Shown here in pieces: positions 1 through 12,205 of a stretch of DNA of 64,000 bases. The first letter of the stretch is position 1. Each line of letters opens with the position of its first letter. This stretch comes from Felis catus (taxonomy: Eukaryota): the NCBI RefSeq assembly GCF_018350175.1, contig NC_058368.1, forward strand, positions 97,590,001 through 97,654,000, read 5' to 3'. The notes below the pieces were generated by a model, which saw only the letters and a program-made list of their open reading frames with translations, was not told where the DNA came from and ran no database searches. A program made the position numbers and the translations under genes.

Positions 1-44
1 AGTGGTTGGTTCACATGAGTCTGCGGGAATCAGCTGTTCATGTC

Positions 45-160
45 TCAGCCACACTGGCTGTGTGACTTTGGACAATCCACTTAACCTCTCTGGGCCTGTT
101 TCTTCACCTAAAAACTGGGGATAGTATTTACATCACAGGTTTGTTTTGTGGATTGAAAAG
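45..160 (+). mobile_element. MIR SINE fragment
   Basis: MIR core-like tgtgactttggacaatccacttaacctctctgggcctgtttcttcacctaaaaactgggg. Confidence 0.8.
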
Positions 161-584
161 CACAGTGTTCCTCTCCTGTTGTCCACTGTGCAGAAGGCCC
201 CCAGAAAGCAGTGGGGTTTTCTGGCTTGGCCAAATTGGTCTCATTTCAAGAGGCTGGTGTCTGTACTGGGTTATAGCAGAGTGGAGAGGGAGAGTGATAA
301 CTTGTACCACATGTGCTTTTAGCCTGAACTTTCTTTCTTTTTTTTTTTTTTTTCCTGTAATGATGCCAGAGGAGCCCAGAGAATGGAGTGAATATAGCAC
401 TATTTCAATGATTCCCAGCTGCAAGGTCATGTGATTATAGAGCGAAATCTTGCTGCTCCCACTCAGGCTAAAGAGAAAGGAGCCAGAGCAGGGCATCTGG
501 GTTTTATGTGTCTGAGCATGAGAAGAGCCACAACATCCTGGTAGCCTCCCCGTGCACGAGGGAAGCTTTAAAAATCACATTGCA

Positions 585-785
585 GGGGTGCCTGGGGGGC
601 TCAGTCGGTTGAGGGTCCGGCTTCGGTTCGGGTCATGAGTTCGAGCCCTGCGTCTGGCTCTGTGCTGACAGCTCGGAGCCTGGAGCCTGCTTTGGATTCT
701 GTGTCTGCCTGTCTCTCTGCCTCTCCCCTGTTCGTTCTTGTTCTCTCTCTCAAAAATAAAGAAACATTAAAAGAAAATTTAAAAA
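585..785 (+). mobile_element. CanSINE (SINEC_Fc type)
   Basis: ggggtgcctgg..gctcagtcggtt head, gttcgagccc B box, CT-rich region, A-rich tail. Confidence 0.95.
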
Positions 786-1141
786 CCTGTTGCAGTTCAG
801 AAGTGAGCCTTGGGTTGGCCTTTCACCCCTGGAAGTCCTTGTTTAAAAGAGGTAACAGATGAAACCAGATTATCCAAGACAGACAGGAAGATAGGTCTCA
901 ACGGCCCTTGATGTTGCAAAGGGACTCTTGCTAGCATGTCCTCGAGGGAAGTTGTGAGGTTTTCAGAGGGCAGGGATACATCTTCGGGGCTGTCCACTGG
1001 GGCAAGGTCTGCTGGGCACACTGCTCTCTCTCTCTCTCTCACTCTCTCTCTGTCTCTCTCGCAGGGCACGCAGTAAACTCACATGTTTTTGAAAGGAGCC
1101 AACCTTCTCCTCCCCTGGTCATTATTTAAAAAAAAAAAAAA

Positions 1142-1371
1142 GTGCACCTGTGCAGCTCAGTCGGTTCAGCATCTGACGCTCGGTTTTGGCTCAGGTGCCG
1201 ATCTCACGGTTTGTTGAGATCGAGCCCCACGTCGGGCTCTGTGCTGACAGGGCAGAGCCTGCTTGGGATTCTCTGTCCCCTTCTGTCTGTCTGTCTGTCT
1301 CTCTCTCTACCCCTCTCCCACTCGAGCTGTCTCTGTCTCTCTCAAAATAAATAAACTTAAAAACAAAAAAA
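1142..1371 (+). mobile_element. CanSINE
   Basis: tRNA-like head, ctgcttgggattctct body, aaaataaataaac tail. Confidence 0.93.
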
Positions 1372-1494
1372 GGCATTTTCTTACAATATGACTGTCCACC
1401 AGAGTGAAGGAGGCAGGGGTTGTGGTGTGTGCTCTTGCAGACCTATTTGTATTCGTCCTTCCCCACCTCGAGCCCTGGAGCTGACTGTTCAGGC

Positions 1495-1499
1495 TCTCT

Positions 1500-1560
<61 letters not shown>

Positions 1561-1570
1561 CCACACACGC
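1495..1570. repeat. compound (CT)n(CA)n microsatellite
   Basis: direct reading. Confidence 0.95.
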
Positions 1571-1759
1571 AGATACAACTGAGGAATTCTGCAGAAATGC
1601 CAGTCTTGTGAGAAAACCTGCAGACGCAATGTTGGCGACAGAATGCAGAGTTCAGAGCAAGTCTCATGAATCAGACCTTCAAGAAGTAAAGTCTCCCACT
1701 TGGTTGCAACCACTCAGTGATCAGGAAGTAATTCCTTTGTTTTCCTTGCTCCTCTCTTT

Positions 1760-2001
1760 ATTTTATTTATTTATTTATTTATTTATTTTAAATGTTGTTT
1801 TAATGTTTATTTATTTTTGGGACAGAGACAGAGCATGAACGGGGGAGGGGCAGAGAGAGAGAGGGAGACACAGAATCGGAAACAGGCTCCAGGCTCTGAG
1901 CCATCAGCCCAGAGCCCGACGCGGGGCTCGAACTCACAGACCGCGATATCGTGACCTGGCTGAAGTCGGACGCTTAACCGACTGCGCCACCCGGGAGCCC
2001 C
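1760..2001 (-). mobile_element. young CanSINE (SINEC_Fc)
   Basis: CpG-rich, gtgacctggctgaagtcggacg diagnostic, TSD ttgctcctctcttta on both sides. Confidence 0.97.
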
Positions 2002-2389
2002 ATTGCTCCTCTCTTTAAAAAGATGAGGTCGTTTTCTGAGAAATGGCTGGTGTTTGATTAAATACTGTCACCACCCTAGGGCAGAGCAGTCGGGTTTAGT
2101 GACAGGAATCCCTTTGCCTCCGTGAAGGGAGAGGCCCCCAGGAACCCACAGAGTGTACCTGGGACAGGTGAATGAGCTCACACCTCCCCTCTTAGCCACT
2201 TTGCTCCTTTGCCTTTCTGGCCTGGAAAGGTCAATAGTGCCTCAGAGAACGGCTGGTATCACTTGCCAGGGTAAGAGACCATCTGTCAGTAGGGAGGATG
2301 CAGGGGGTCCCTGCCCTGAGTGCCCTAAGTGGGATGGTGGTTATCTGTGCAGCCACAAAGGTGATACACCAAATGAAATGAACTTTTGT

Positions 2390-2744
2390 AGTGTGCTCCC
2401 AAGCTGACTGCGAGTCAGAATCACCTGGGACCCTGGACACAAAAGGTGCAGATTCCTGGGCCCCACTTACTATAGGATCACAAAGGCTGGGCCTGGTAAC
2501 CGGTATTTTTTTATGATTATTTTTAACTTATTTTTGAACACCAGCAGGGGAGAGGCAGAGAGAGAGAGAAAGAGGGAGACACAGAATCCAAAGCAGGCCC
2601 CAGGTTCTGAGCTGTCAACCCAGAGCCTGACATGAGGCTTGAACCCATGAACTACGAGACCGTGACCTGAGCCGAACTTCGACGTCCAACCAATGAGCTA
2701 CCCAAGTGCCCCTTTGTTGTTGTTTTTGATTTTTAATATTTATT

Positions 2745-2791
<47 letters not shown>

Positions 2792-2995
2792 TCAAGGGCA
2801 AAGGAATGGCAGAGAGAGAGGGGGACAAAGGATCATAAGCAGGCACTGACCACAGAGAGCCTGATGTGGGGCTCAAACTTGAACCACAAGATCATGACCT
2901 GAGCCCAAGATGGACGAAGTCCTAGGCACCCCAAATCTGTATTTCTTGACTAATGCATTACAATCTCAAACCCCCTAGCCTGGGAGACCAGTTGT
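2390..2995. mobile_element. MER5-like hAT element interrupted by two minus-strand CanSINEs (about 2505-2713 and 2714-2932)
   Basis: cagaatcacctggga..tgcagattcctgggcccca MER5-like sequence; two reverse SINE bodies, one with a (GA)n expansion. Confidence 0.8.
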
Positions 2996-4247
2996 TTTGT
3001 CTTGTTTAATAAAGATTAGTCAGGCAGCAGATACCTGTAGGGTTGTTTTTTGTTTGTTTGTTTTGGAGCAAGGGGTGCTTTTGGCAGTGGAAAGAGCAAA
3101 TCTCTTGAAAGTGCAGCATGGCTTTAAAGTTTAAAGAAGATTAAAATGAACTTGCACAAAATGAACACCTGTGTACCCATCCTGAGAAATAGCAAAGTGG
3201 TTTTTCTAGTAGGCCTTCACCGGGTTGAGAAATGTTGACCCAACGATGAGGTCAGAAACAAAAAATAACAACCAAAACCAATAGTGGTGTCCCATGACGA
3301 GGTAAAGGAACTGAGAGCCATGAAGCAGAGACATCGGGGAATGTGCTCAGCGTTCATTAGTTAAAACTCTAGATATCAAGTCAGTGGCTATGCTGACATC
3401 ATCGGCTAGTGTGCCGGCAGACTGGAGGCCATCTCTTGGGGCTTTGTTGATCACTCATGTAGGATGGACATGCTTTTTTCAGGAGTGGCAGATGCTGGGA
3501 GGAGCTCCAGGCCCAAGTGGCCTGTTAGGCCTACCCTAGGCCTCCTCCCTGTCATGAGGTCCTGTTCCCAGAGTGGCCCTCTGTTTTCAAAAATGGTGGG
3601 CAAAGGGAAAATGGAGAACAGGCTGTTTTCTCTCTTTGATGCCATTTGCTATAACTGCCTCCTCTTCTCCTTTTTCTCTTCCTCCTCTCCCCCGCCCCTT
3701 CCGCCCTTCCCCCTCTACCTCTTCCTCCTCCTGCTTCTTTTTTAGATTTCTTTTTCTTTTTTGCATTTTGAGTTGGGCTGGTACTTGAGACTTTCTCCCC
3801 TATTTCTGAATTCTGGTCACTTTTCAATTTATCATTCTGATAAGGGCCATGGAGAATATTAAAGGTCTCCCACCGATGATACATACTAGTAATTTTAGTA
3901 GAACCCTCTAGGTTCTTTCCCTCTAGGTTTAGACGTTTGACCAGAGACCAACAAGGATGGAAATGGACCAATCTGAGTCACGCTTGAGCCCTTCCTCTCT
4001 AGGCAGCATGCCAGGGGGCCTTCGAGCCTCACAATGTGGGGAAAGGGGTAGACGGACGGGGCCGGATGGTGGCTTGCAGAGACCGAGAGCGCGGGCAGCG
4101 GATTAACCAGCCCGGTCTTCCCGATACCCACGTGGACTCTGGGTTCCCTCCAGGCACACCCCTAATTTACCTTCAATAGTTCTGTTCCCTTTTATGGTTG
4201 TCCGTGGCGTTTGTATATTCATGATAATAAATAGTATGCTGTATCGC

Positions 4248-4622
4248 TGTATCAGTTTGCTGGCACTGCTATAACAAAACCAGACTGAGTGGCTTTAACA
4301 GCAGGTGTGTGTTTCTCACAGTTCTGGAGGGCAAAAGACCAAACTCAAGGTTGATTTCTCCTGAGGCCTTTTACTGTGGCTTGCAGGCCGCCACCTTTCT
4401 CTTGTTTTCTCGCCCAGCCTTTTTTTCTTTTTTTCCACGTGCTTGTGTCCTTGATGTCTCTCTCTCTTTATTAAGGACGTCAGTACTGTTACATTCGGTC
4501 CCCACCCTTGTGATCTCATTTCCCTTTGATTATCTCTTTAAAGGTCATATCTCCAAATACCCTTATGTTGGGAGTTGGGGCTCCAAGCTATGAGTTTTGG
4601 GGAAAGCAGTTCTATCTAGAAC
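4248..4622 (-). mobile_element. MLT1 (MaLR) LTR
   Basis: tgtatcagtttgc..ctgctataacaaa..ttctcacagttctggagg, typical MLT1A-C reverse sequence. Confidence 0.8.
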
Positions 4623-4629
4623 AACCACT

Positions 4630-4935
4630 TTTGTAAAGAATATTACAAATATGATAGTGTCAGGGTTTATGTTTACTATGTATCATATCCAGAAATCATG
4701 GTTATTATTTTTCACTTTAAACAATTACCTTTTGAAAAAATTTAAAACATGAGGAAAAAAGTGTTTTTTTTTTTTTCTGTTTATCAACTTACTTACTGTA
4801 TTTGGGGCTCTTCATTCTTTAGTGTAGACCCGCATTTCCATCAGGTGTTTTTTTTGTCTTCCAGCCTTTAGAACTTCCTTTATTATTTCTTGTCGCTCAG
4901 ATCTGCTGGCAACAAATTCTGTCAACTTCTTTTGT
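4630..4935 (-). mobile_element. ancient L1M (L1MC-like) fragment
   Basis: gaacttcctttattatttcttgt..gatctgctggcaacaaattct motif. Confidence 0.6.
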
Positions 4936-4944
4936 GCATATGCC

Positions 4945-5352
4945 TTTAATGTCTGTGTGTCCAGTTTTCTCCTTAAATGTTTGTTTATTTATTTATTTTT
5001 GAGAGAGAGAAAGAGGGAGAACACAAGGAGGAGGGGCAGAGAGAGAGGGAGACAGAATCTGGAGGAGGCTCCAGGTGCTGAGCTGTCAGCACAGAGCCCA
5101 ATGCGGGGCTCAAACTCACAAACCGTAAGATCATGACCTGAGCCAAAGTTGGACACTTAACCAACTGAGCCAGCCAGGCGCCCCCAATTTCCCTCTTATA
5201 AGGACACCAGTCATATTGTCTTAGGGCTTATCCTGACGGCCTCATTTTAATTGAATCATGTCTTTAAAGATCCAAATCACCTAATATAGTCCTGTTTTGA
5301 GGTACTGGGGTTAGGGCTTCAACAGTTGATTTTTGGAGGCAGTAACAATCAG
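4945..5352 (-). mobile_element. MLT1 LTR fragment interrupted by a CanSINE (about 4975-5185)
   Basis: cttataaggacaccagtcatatt..gaggtactggggttagggcttcaaca; reverse SINE within it. Confidence 0.8.
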
Positions 5353-5354
5353 GA

Positions 5355-5800
5355 CACTTTAGGTGGCATGTAAGAAAATGCCCCACTAACAGAGGTTTGA
5401 GCGGTAAAGTCATTAACTTTATAAACAGAGGGCAGTCTGGGGTTGGTCCCATCCGAGGTTTAACCAATGGCTCAAATCACCAGGAACCAGGTTCTTTTCA
5501 TCCTTCCCTCTCCCATCCTTAGCATGTTACCTATTCTAATGCAGAGTTGCTGCCTCATGGGCAGAAAATGGCATGCTTAGCAACAGGCATTGCATGCTGT
5601 CCCCAACCTCATTCAAAGGCAGGAAGTGTGTGTGTGTGTATGTGTGGAGGGGAGATACGGGGCACAGAGAGGGTGGTGATAAATCTGTTCTGTAGTGTCC
5701 ATCTCTTTACATCCGGGGGTGAGATCTTTCTTGAAGTCTCCTCAAGCCTCACTGGGCAGAACTGAGTCAATGGCTACAAACGAAGCCGTGAAAGTGAGTA
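5355..5800 (-). mobile_element. old MLT1 (J/K-like) LTR
   Basis: ggaaccaggttcttttcatcctt..catccttagcatg..cctcatggg..aaaatggc. Confidence 0.6.
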
Positions 5801-6194
5801 GGAGTTGTTGAGAGAAAACTCTCCAGTGGGAGGTTGGCTGTGGCCATAGGAAGAAGGGAGAGGACATGATGAGGCCCCAGGTTCCCACGCTCTAGAAGCT
5901 GTGTAACTAAGGCCATCGCTATTCCTGATAATAATAAAACCAGGTTTTATTGGAATTGAAACTAAACACCCATGATGAGTAGTTGGGAGAAAAACAGAAG
6001 ATGTGAGAGGTGTTGAAAATCACATGTACTTAATTACTACTGGCAGTGACTTTTTAATGCTAAGGGCCATGAGTTTATAAAAATAGCCGTACTTACTTTG
6101 GAGATGGCACCCTACATCCAAACCTGGAAGATGTCCATCAAATAGAGAGGTCTTCATGTTCCTGGAAATGCTCACGACCACAATAGCAGTAATC

Positions 6195-6650
6195 ATGACC
6201 ATTTATGGAGTACTTACACGGGATCAGCCACTGTGCTGAGTGCCTCATACGTGTTATTTCGTTTCATTTTGATAATAGATCTGTGAGAATGGTATTAGTG
6301 TTTGTTTTTTAAAATTTTTGTTTGATGTTATTTATTTTTGTGAGAGAGAGAGACAGCACAAGTAGGGGAGGGGCAGAGAGAGAGGGAAACACTGAATCCG
6401 AAGCAGGCTCCAGGCTCTGAGCTGTTAGCACAGAGCCCAACCCGGGGCTTGAGCTCACGAAGTGTTGAGATCATGACCTGAGCCCAAGTCGGACACTTAA
6501 CTGACTGAGCCACCCAGGCGCCCTGACAATGGTATTAGTGTTAATCCGCATTTACAGGTGAGGAATTGAGTTTGGGGAGGTTAAGCAAACCCCTAGATGG
6601 CTGGCAGAGCTGGGATTCATACCCCGGAAGTTCAACTGCCTCCCTTAGGT
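6195..6650 (-). mobile_element. MIR interrupted by a CanSINE (about 6303-6523)
   Basis: TSD aatggtattagtgtt flanks the SINE; catttacaggtgaggaa MIR core. Confidence 0.85.
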
Positions 6651-7534
6651 GTGCTCTGAGCTGCCGCAGGGCAGTCCTTCTCCATAAAACTGCTACAAAC
6701 TCCCTCGTTTTCTGGGAACTCGCAAAGGCTGTTATCTCTCCGGCCAGCCAGTGTCTCCTTCATGGATAAAAGTCCTGTGATTATTTCAGCTGTAATTCAC
6801 ATTTCAGAGTAAGAGTGTGGACCTTCAGAACCCATGGAATGGCACCTCTCAAGTGGAGAAGGTTAAGTTGGATGTCCTATTTTGTATGGGGAAAATGACG
6901 GACGATGTAAATAAACCCAGAGAAATGTATCTTCTGTCGTTGGCTCGTGCAGCAGAGTGCCAGTCTGAGTGTTGGTAAATCTGCCCTCGGGTTTATAGAG
7001 TGTTGTGTGAGGCAGATTTCCTAAAACCTGGGATAGCTTCTAGACAGTCACAGTGCAGAGTCTGCACCCTGGGGAATACCTAGGCAGCTAGGGGTTGGCC
7101 GTAGTAGGACTGTGTATGCTTCTTGTCCCTCTGGTGGCTCTGGTGCCAGCAACACAGCACGGTCACTGCTCCAGTGTCCTGTCCCCACAGCTCAGAACCA
7201 GCGCAGACCCCGTGAGCCTGTATTTCTTCACTCATTTCCTGACCTCATGTTGCTAAAGCTCTAACAACACCTTGCATGTGACAGTTCAGTTAGATTTTAG
7301 GATTGCTAAAGTTTTGGGGGAAAAGTTTTGTTCATTTGCAGCCTGAAGCTACTGTTGCTAATAGCTTGCCTGGGGGTGCTGAGTAAGGGAGAGAATAAGG
7401 GGTGTAAATAATTATGGGAACTGGAAGATGTATGCTGAATGTTACAACTTTGAGTCAAGTGGTGACTCTCAAGTCTGTAAGAACCTAGTCGGTATCCAAC
7501 AGCTTTTGGCTATTCCAGTAGGCATCCAAGAGGG

Positions 7535-7607
7535 TTTTTTTTTTTTTCTTTGCAACAAGGTGTTTTTATTAAAGCGTGTGGACAGGACCCCTAGGCAGAA
7601 AGAGCTG
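7535..7607 (-). mobile_element. short polyadenylated retro-insertion resembling an ERV LTR R region
   Basis: on the minus strand, AATAAA then 14 nt then poly(A); flanked by ccaagagg repeats. Confidence 0.6.
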
Positions 7608-7617
7608 CCAAGAGGTC

Positions 7618-7816
7618 ATTTTATAAAGTTTATTTATTTATTTTGAGAGAGTGAGAGCATGGGGTGGGGAGACGGGCAGGGAGAGAGAATCCCAAGCAGG
7701 CTCTGCACTGACAGCACAGAGCCTGAGGTGGGGCTCGAACCCCTGAACCATGAGACCATGACCTAAGCCGAAGTCAAGAGTCTGATGCTTAACTGACTTA
7801 GCCACACAAAGCTCCC
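7618..7816 (-). mobile_element. CanSINE
   Basis: reverse SINE body; aggtmatttt TSD. Confidence 0.92.
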
Positions 7817-8099
7817 CGCCACGCCTCCCCCCCCACCCCCAGGTAATTTTGAATTGACATTGCCTTCGGCATATTTTGGAGCACCTATTTGCTTGTGAAA
7901 TGTTATAAGGGAAGTTTTAATCAGACCATTATAGATGCAATCATTTACTTTAAACATGAAAGTTTCACTGAAACAGAAATCCTTCCTAAGACACCAGCTC
8001 CCAGCCGGTTTGTTCCAGGGCTCCTTTGTCCTCTATACCTTGGAATCTCTTCCATCAGTTGGCTCTTTCTATGCTGACACACCTTGATTTTCTTTAATG

Positions 8100-9480
8100 C
8101 TTTTTTTTTAAACCTTTGCATTGTAAAATAAAACATAAATGCCCAAACCCACAGAAAACAAACACACACTTGAGTGACTTTACTGTAACAGGAACGCTCA
8201 TATAACCATCACTCCAGGCAAGAAATAGCATTTGGCCAGCCACGCCACAAGTGCCTTTGCGTACCCAGCCCCAGTCACGTTCTCCTTCGTCCCTCCAAAA
8301 GTAAATGCCATCCTGACTTTTATTGTAATCACTTCCTTGGATCTCTTCATGGTTTTATCGCCCACGCGAGCAGCCTGACCCAACAATAGTTTAGTCTTGC
8401 TCATTTTTTAAAAAACTTGTAATCTCTTGTAATCTACAGATTCCCTTAACATCCTCCCCCATTTGAAAAAAAAAAATGTATATGTATATTTTTGTTATTG
8501 TTGAAGGAGCTGGGCTGTTTGATCTGTAGAGTTTCTCACAGTGTTGATAACAAAAAAGATGTGCACTCTTGGTGAGGTGAAGCTTGTGCCTTTGCCCACT
8601 ATTTCCTGCATCTGGGTCGGGAGACTTGATCACACTCAGGTTTGATCCCTTTGGCAAGATTACAAGTGTTGTGGGGTTCTTTCACAGAAGGCTTCTTCCA
8701 CTCTTTTTTTGTCTTTAGCGACTGTTGGTCCTCAGTGTCTGGTTCCATTCGTTCATTGGCAGTTGCGGAACGGTATATTCTAATTCCACCATTTTGGTTT
8801 TATTTACTAGTTGGAATCATCTTATAAGGATAGACTCCCCTTTTATCTGGAATCCCTGTTTTGTTTTGTTTTTTAATGAGATATTTCAGGACTATAATCC
8901 CGACACTAGGGATGGTCATTCACTGGAGTGGTCATTGTTTTTAGGTCTTTTTACTCATCAGAGCTGGGAAAATACATCCATAGACATATAAACATCTATC
9001 TAGAAGCATATGTACACATGTAAAAATAAAATACACTGTGAGTTCATATTGATAGTTCCAAGGCAAGTTCAAGACGGTAAGTTTTTGTTCAGCCTCTTTT
9101 ATATTACATTTGTTATTCCTTTCTTCCATGCTTAGAATCCTGGTATTTTAGTCACACACAGGGGAGATAGAATGTCTTATAATTACCTATTTTGATTGTC
9201 CTGTAATACACATAAGCAATCTCCAAATAATCAGGTTTGATTAGCAAAACAGTAAAAATCATTTCTTTGGCATATGCTGTAGTCATTCCTCCCCAGTTTT
9301 TTCATGGTTGTACTATATCTACATTGTCAGATCCTATAGCCATTATATATTGAAATCTCCCTTGTAATACTCATTTAGTTTTATTCCTGCAGGTAACTTT
9401 GTATATGTTGCTTATTATCAGTATGTTTAGACATTTTGATTGAAGACCTTTCTCTGATCAGTTCCTTAGGTAATTCCCTG
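8100..9480 (-). mobile_element. ancient L1M (L1MC/ME-like) 3' region fragments
   Basis: accatcactccaggcaagaaatagcattt, gtgagttcatattgatagttcca and similar L1M 3'UTR motifs. Confidence 0.65.
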
Positions 9481-9571
9481 ATTTTTGTTTGTTTGTTTGT
9501 TTGTTTCCCTAATTTCTTTTTTTCCCCTGATTTCTTTCTCTCTCTCTCTTTTTTTTTTCTTTCAGGTTTTG

Positions 9572-10215
9572 GTTGTTTTTTTTAATTTAATTTAATTTTT
9601 TATTTTTTTAAATTTACATCCAAATTAGTTAGCGTATAGTGCAACAATGATTTCAGGAGTAGATTCCTTAGAGCCCCTTACCCATTTAGTGCATCCCCCC
9701 CTCCCACAACCCCTCCCTTAACCCTCAGTTTGTTCTCCATATTTATGAGTCTCTTCTGTTTTGTCCCCCTCCCTGTTTTTATATTATTTTTGTTTCCCTT
9801 CCCTTATGTTCATCTGTTTTTTCTCTTAAAGTCTTCATACGAGTGAAGTCATGTGATTTTTGTCTTTCTCTGACTAATTTCACTTAGCATCATACCCTCC
9901 AATTCCATCCATGTAGTTGCAAATGGCAAGATTTCATTCTTTTTGATTGCCGAGTAATACTTCATTATATATATGCCACATCTTCTTTATCCATTCATCC
10001 ATCGATGGACATTTGGGCTCTTCCCGTACTTTGGCTATTGTTGATAGTGCTGCTATACATATGGGGGTGCATGTGTCCCTTTGAAACAGCACACCTGTAT
10101 CCCCTGGATAAATGCCTAGTAGTGCAATTGCTGGGTCGTAGGGTAGTTCTGTTTTTAGTTTTTTGAGGAAACTCCATACTGTTTTCCAGAGTGGCTTCAC
10201 CAGCTTGCATTCCCA
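9572..10215 (-). mobile_element. L1-derived ~0.6-kb insertion, copy A (ORF2 C-terminus, 3'UTR, poly(A))
   Basis: encodes PLWKTVW..ELPYDPAIALLGIYP; TSD tcaggttttg at 9562 and 10216. Confidence 0.95.
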
Positions 10216-10225
10216 TCAGGTTTTG

Positions 10226-10453
10226 TTTTTTTTTTTAATTAATTAATTAATTATATTGTCAGGTCAGCTAACATACAGTGTAGTCTTGGCTTCAGGAGTA
10301 GATTCCTGTGATTCATCACTTACATACAACACCCAGTGCTCATCCCAATAAGTGCCCTCCTCAATGCCCATCACCTCTTTTCCCCACCACCTTACCCCCA
10401 ACCCCATCAGCCCTCAGTTTGTTCTCTGTATTTAAGAGTCTCTTATGGTTTGC
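10226..10453 (-). mobile_element. carnivore L1 3' end (older, lacks the 54-nt deletion)
   Basis: gtgattcatcacttacatacaacacccagtgctcatccc. Confidence 0.9.
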
Positions 10454-10457
10454 TAAA

Positions 10458-10816
10458 AGATTTTACTTTAAGTCATCTCTGCACCAAACATGGGGCTCAA
10501 ACTCACAACTTTGAGATCAAGAGTCACATGCCCTGCTGACTGAGCCAGCCAGGTTTCCCATCCCCTAATTTCTTTTTTTAATAATCTTTTTTTTTTATTT
10601 TAGTTTTTATTTATTTATTTTTAGAGAGAGGGAGAGAGTACAAATGAGGAAGGGGCAATGAAAGAGAGGAAGAGGGGGAAGGACAGAGAGAGAGAATCCC
10701 AAGCAGTCTCTGCACCACCAGCCTAGAACCGGATATGGGGCTCAAACTCACCAACCGTGAGATATGACCCCAAGCAAAATCCAAGGCTTAACAGACTGAG
10801 CCACCCAGGTGCCCCT
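10458..10816 (-). mobile_element. two CanSINEs (short old type and SINEC_Fc type)
   Basis: gagatcaagagtcacatg..ctgagccagccagg, then a second body ending gccacccaggtgcccc. Confidence 0.85.
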
Positions 10817-11254
10817 CCAATCCCCTAATTTCTTGATAGCACTTTGTGACCTTTACATTAATGTCCTTGGACCACATTTTCTTTTCTTGAAAGTCTTAAA
10901 TACGTTTCTCTATTTTCTTCTGACCAAGTATTGTTGTCAACATTCTGATGATGATAATTTAGTTTTCTATCCTTCTGTATGACCTGTTGTTTCAGCACTG
11001 CTGAGAACCTCAGCTTTGTCCCTATTTCCTTCCATCTATTATCTCCATAGTCTTCCAATACAATGATTGGAGTTACAATGTTACCAAATCCAAGTATATA
11101 ACTTGGCCTGCCCTGGTGCCAAATAATCGCTCTCTCCTCTTAACCGAAAATAAGCCACTTAGTGTGAGTAAGTATAGCTTTTTATCTTTGTAACCTAAGC
11201 TCTACCTTGTGAAGTGTACAGAGTTAGCGCTAAATATATACTTGTTTATGAAAT

Positions 11255-11465
11255 AAACGATGCGGAAGGATGTGGGTTTTTCCCCCTTCCTTTTTAGCCT
11301 GTCAGGAACTGCCCCGCCTCTTCAGCTCTTTTCCTCCAATCAGGCGCGGCTTTTCCCACACACCTGTGGCGCCCATCAGCCCTCGCTGTCCCTCGCTGTC
11401 CCTGTCAGGAGGTCAGGTTGTGTGGCCGTGTTGTCACGTTATTGCATTTCCAAGATAAGCACCCT
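11255..11465. promoter_or_regulatory. promoter/enhancer-like motif cluster
   Basis: CGGAAG (ETS), GCCCCGCC (Sp/KLF), CCAATCAG (NF-Y), TTTCCCAC (RBPJ), AGATAAG (GATA) in unique sequence. Confidence 0.4.
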
Positions 11466-11774
11466 GGGAACCCCAAAACAGGGGTTTTGCCCCCTACCCC
11501 AAATGCTTCTGTGGCCCCGTGCCTGCTTGCACTCCTGGTTGACCATACCTTGACCTCTTACTGTGGGTTTTAAGGCCTGGGCCCCTAGCATGTGGCGCCC
11601 AGACCCCAGCCTCTCAGGGTACCTGAGCAGCCACCTGTCCCGTTTCTTTCTTGGCTGACCTTTTTGTTCTTCATGGCTTGGCTGCCAGAACCCATGGCAG
11701 GATAGCAAGATGGATGCCTTGGCCCACATGAGATGCCAGATGCCTTTTGTTCAACATATGCACTGTATTTAGTT

Positions 11775-12205
11775 TAGGTTTTTTTTTTTTTTAACCTTTA
11801 TTGATTTTTGAGACAGAGAGAGAGAGAGCATGAACGGGGGAGGTTCAGAGAGAGATGGAGACACAGAATCTGAAACAAGCTCCAGGCTCTGAGTTGTCAG
11901 CACAGAGCCCGACGTGGGGCTCGAACTCACGGACTGTGAGATCATGACCTGAGCCGAAGTCGGACACTCAGCCGACTGAGCCACCCAGGCGCCCCAGGTT
12001 TGTTTTTTTTGTTTTTTTTTTTTTGTTTTTTTTTTTTTTTTTAATGTTTATTTATTTTTGAGAGAGAGAGAGGGAGAGAATCCGAAGCAGGCTGGGCTCT
12101 GAGTTGTCAGCACAGAGTCTGACACTGGGCTCAAACTCAAGAACGATGAGTTCATGTCCTGAGCCCAAGTTGGACACCTAACCGACTGAGCCACCCAGGT
12201 TCCCC
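11775..12205 (-). mobile_element. two tandem CanSINEs
   Basis: reverse bodies ending ccaggcgcccc (11995) and ccaggttcccc (12205). Confidence 0.95.

Noticed and set aside
10946..11004. TGATGA...CTGA C/D snoRNA-like boxes
   Set aside because: Lies in decayed L1M-like sequence with no convincing terminal stem or guide element.
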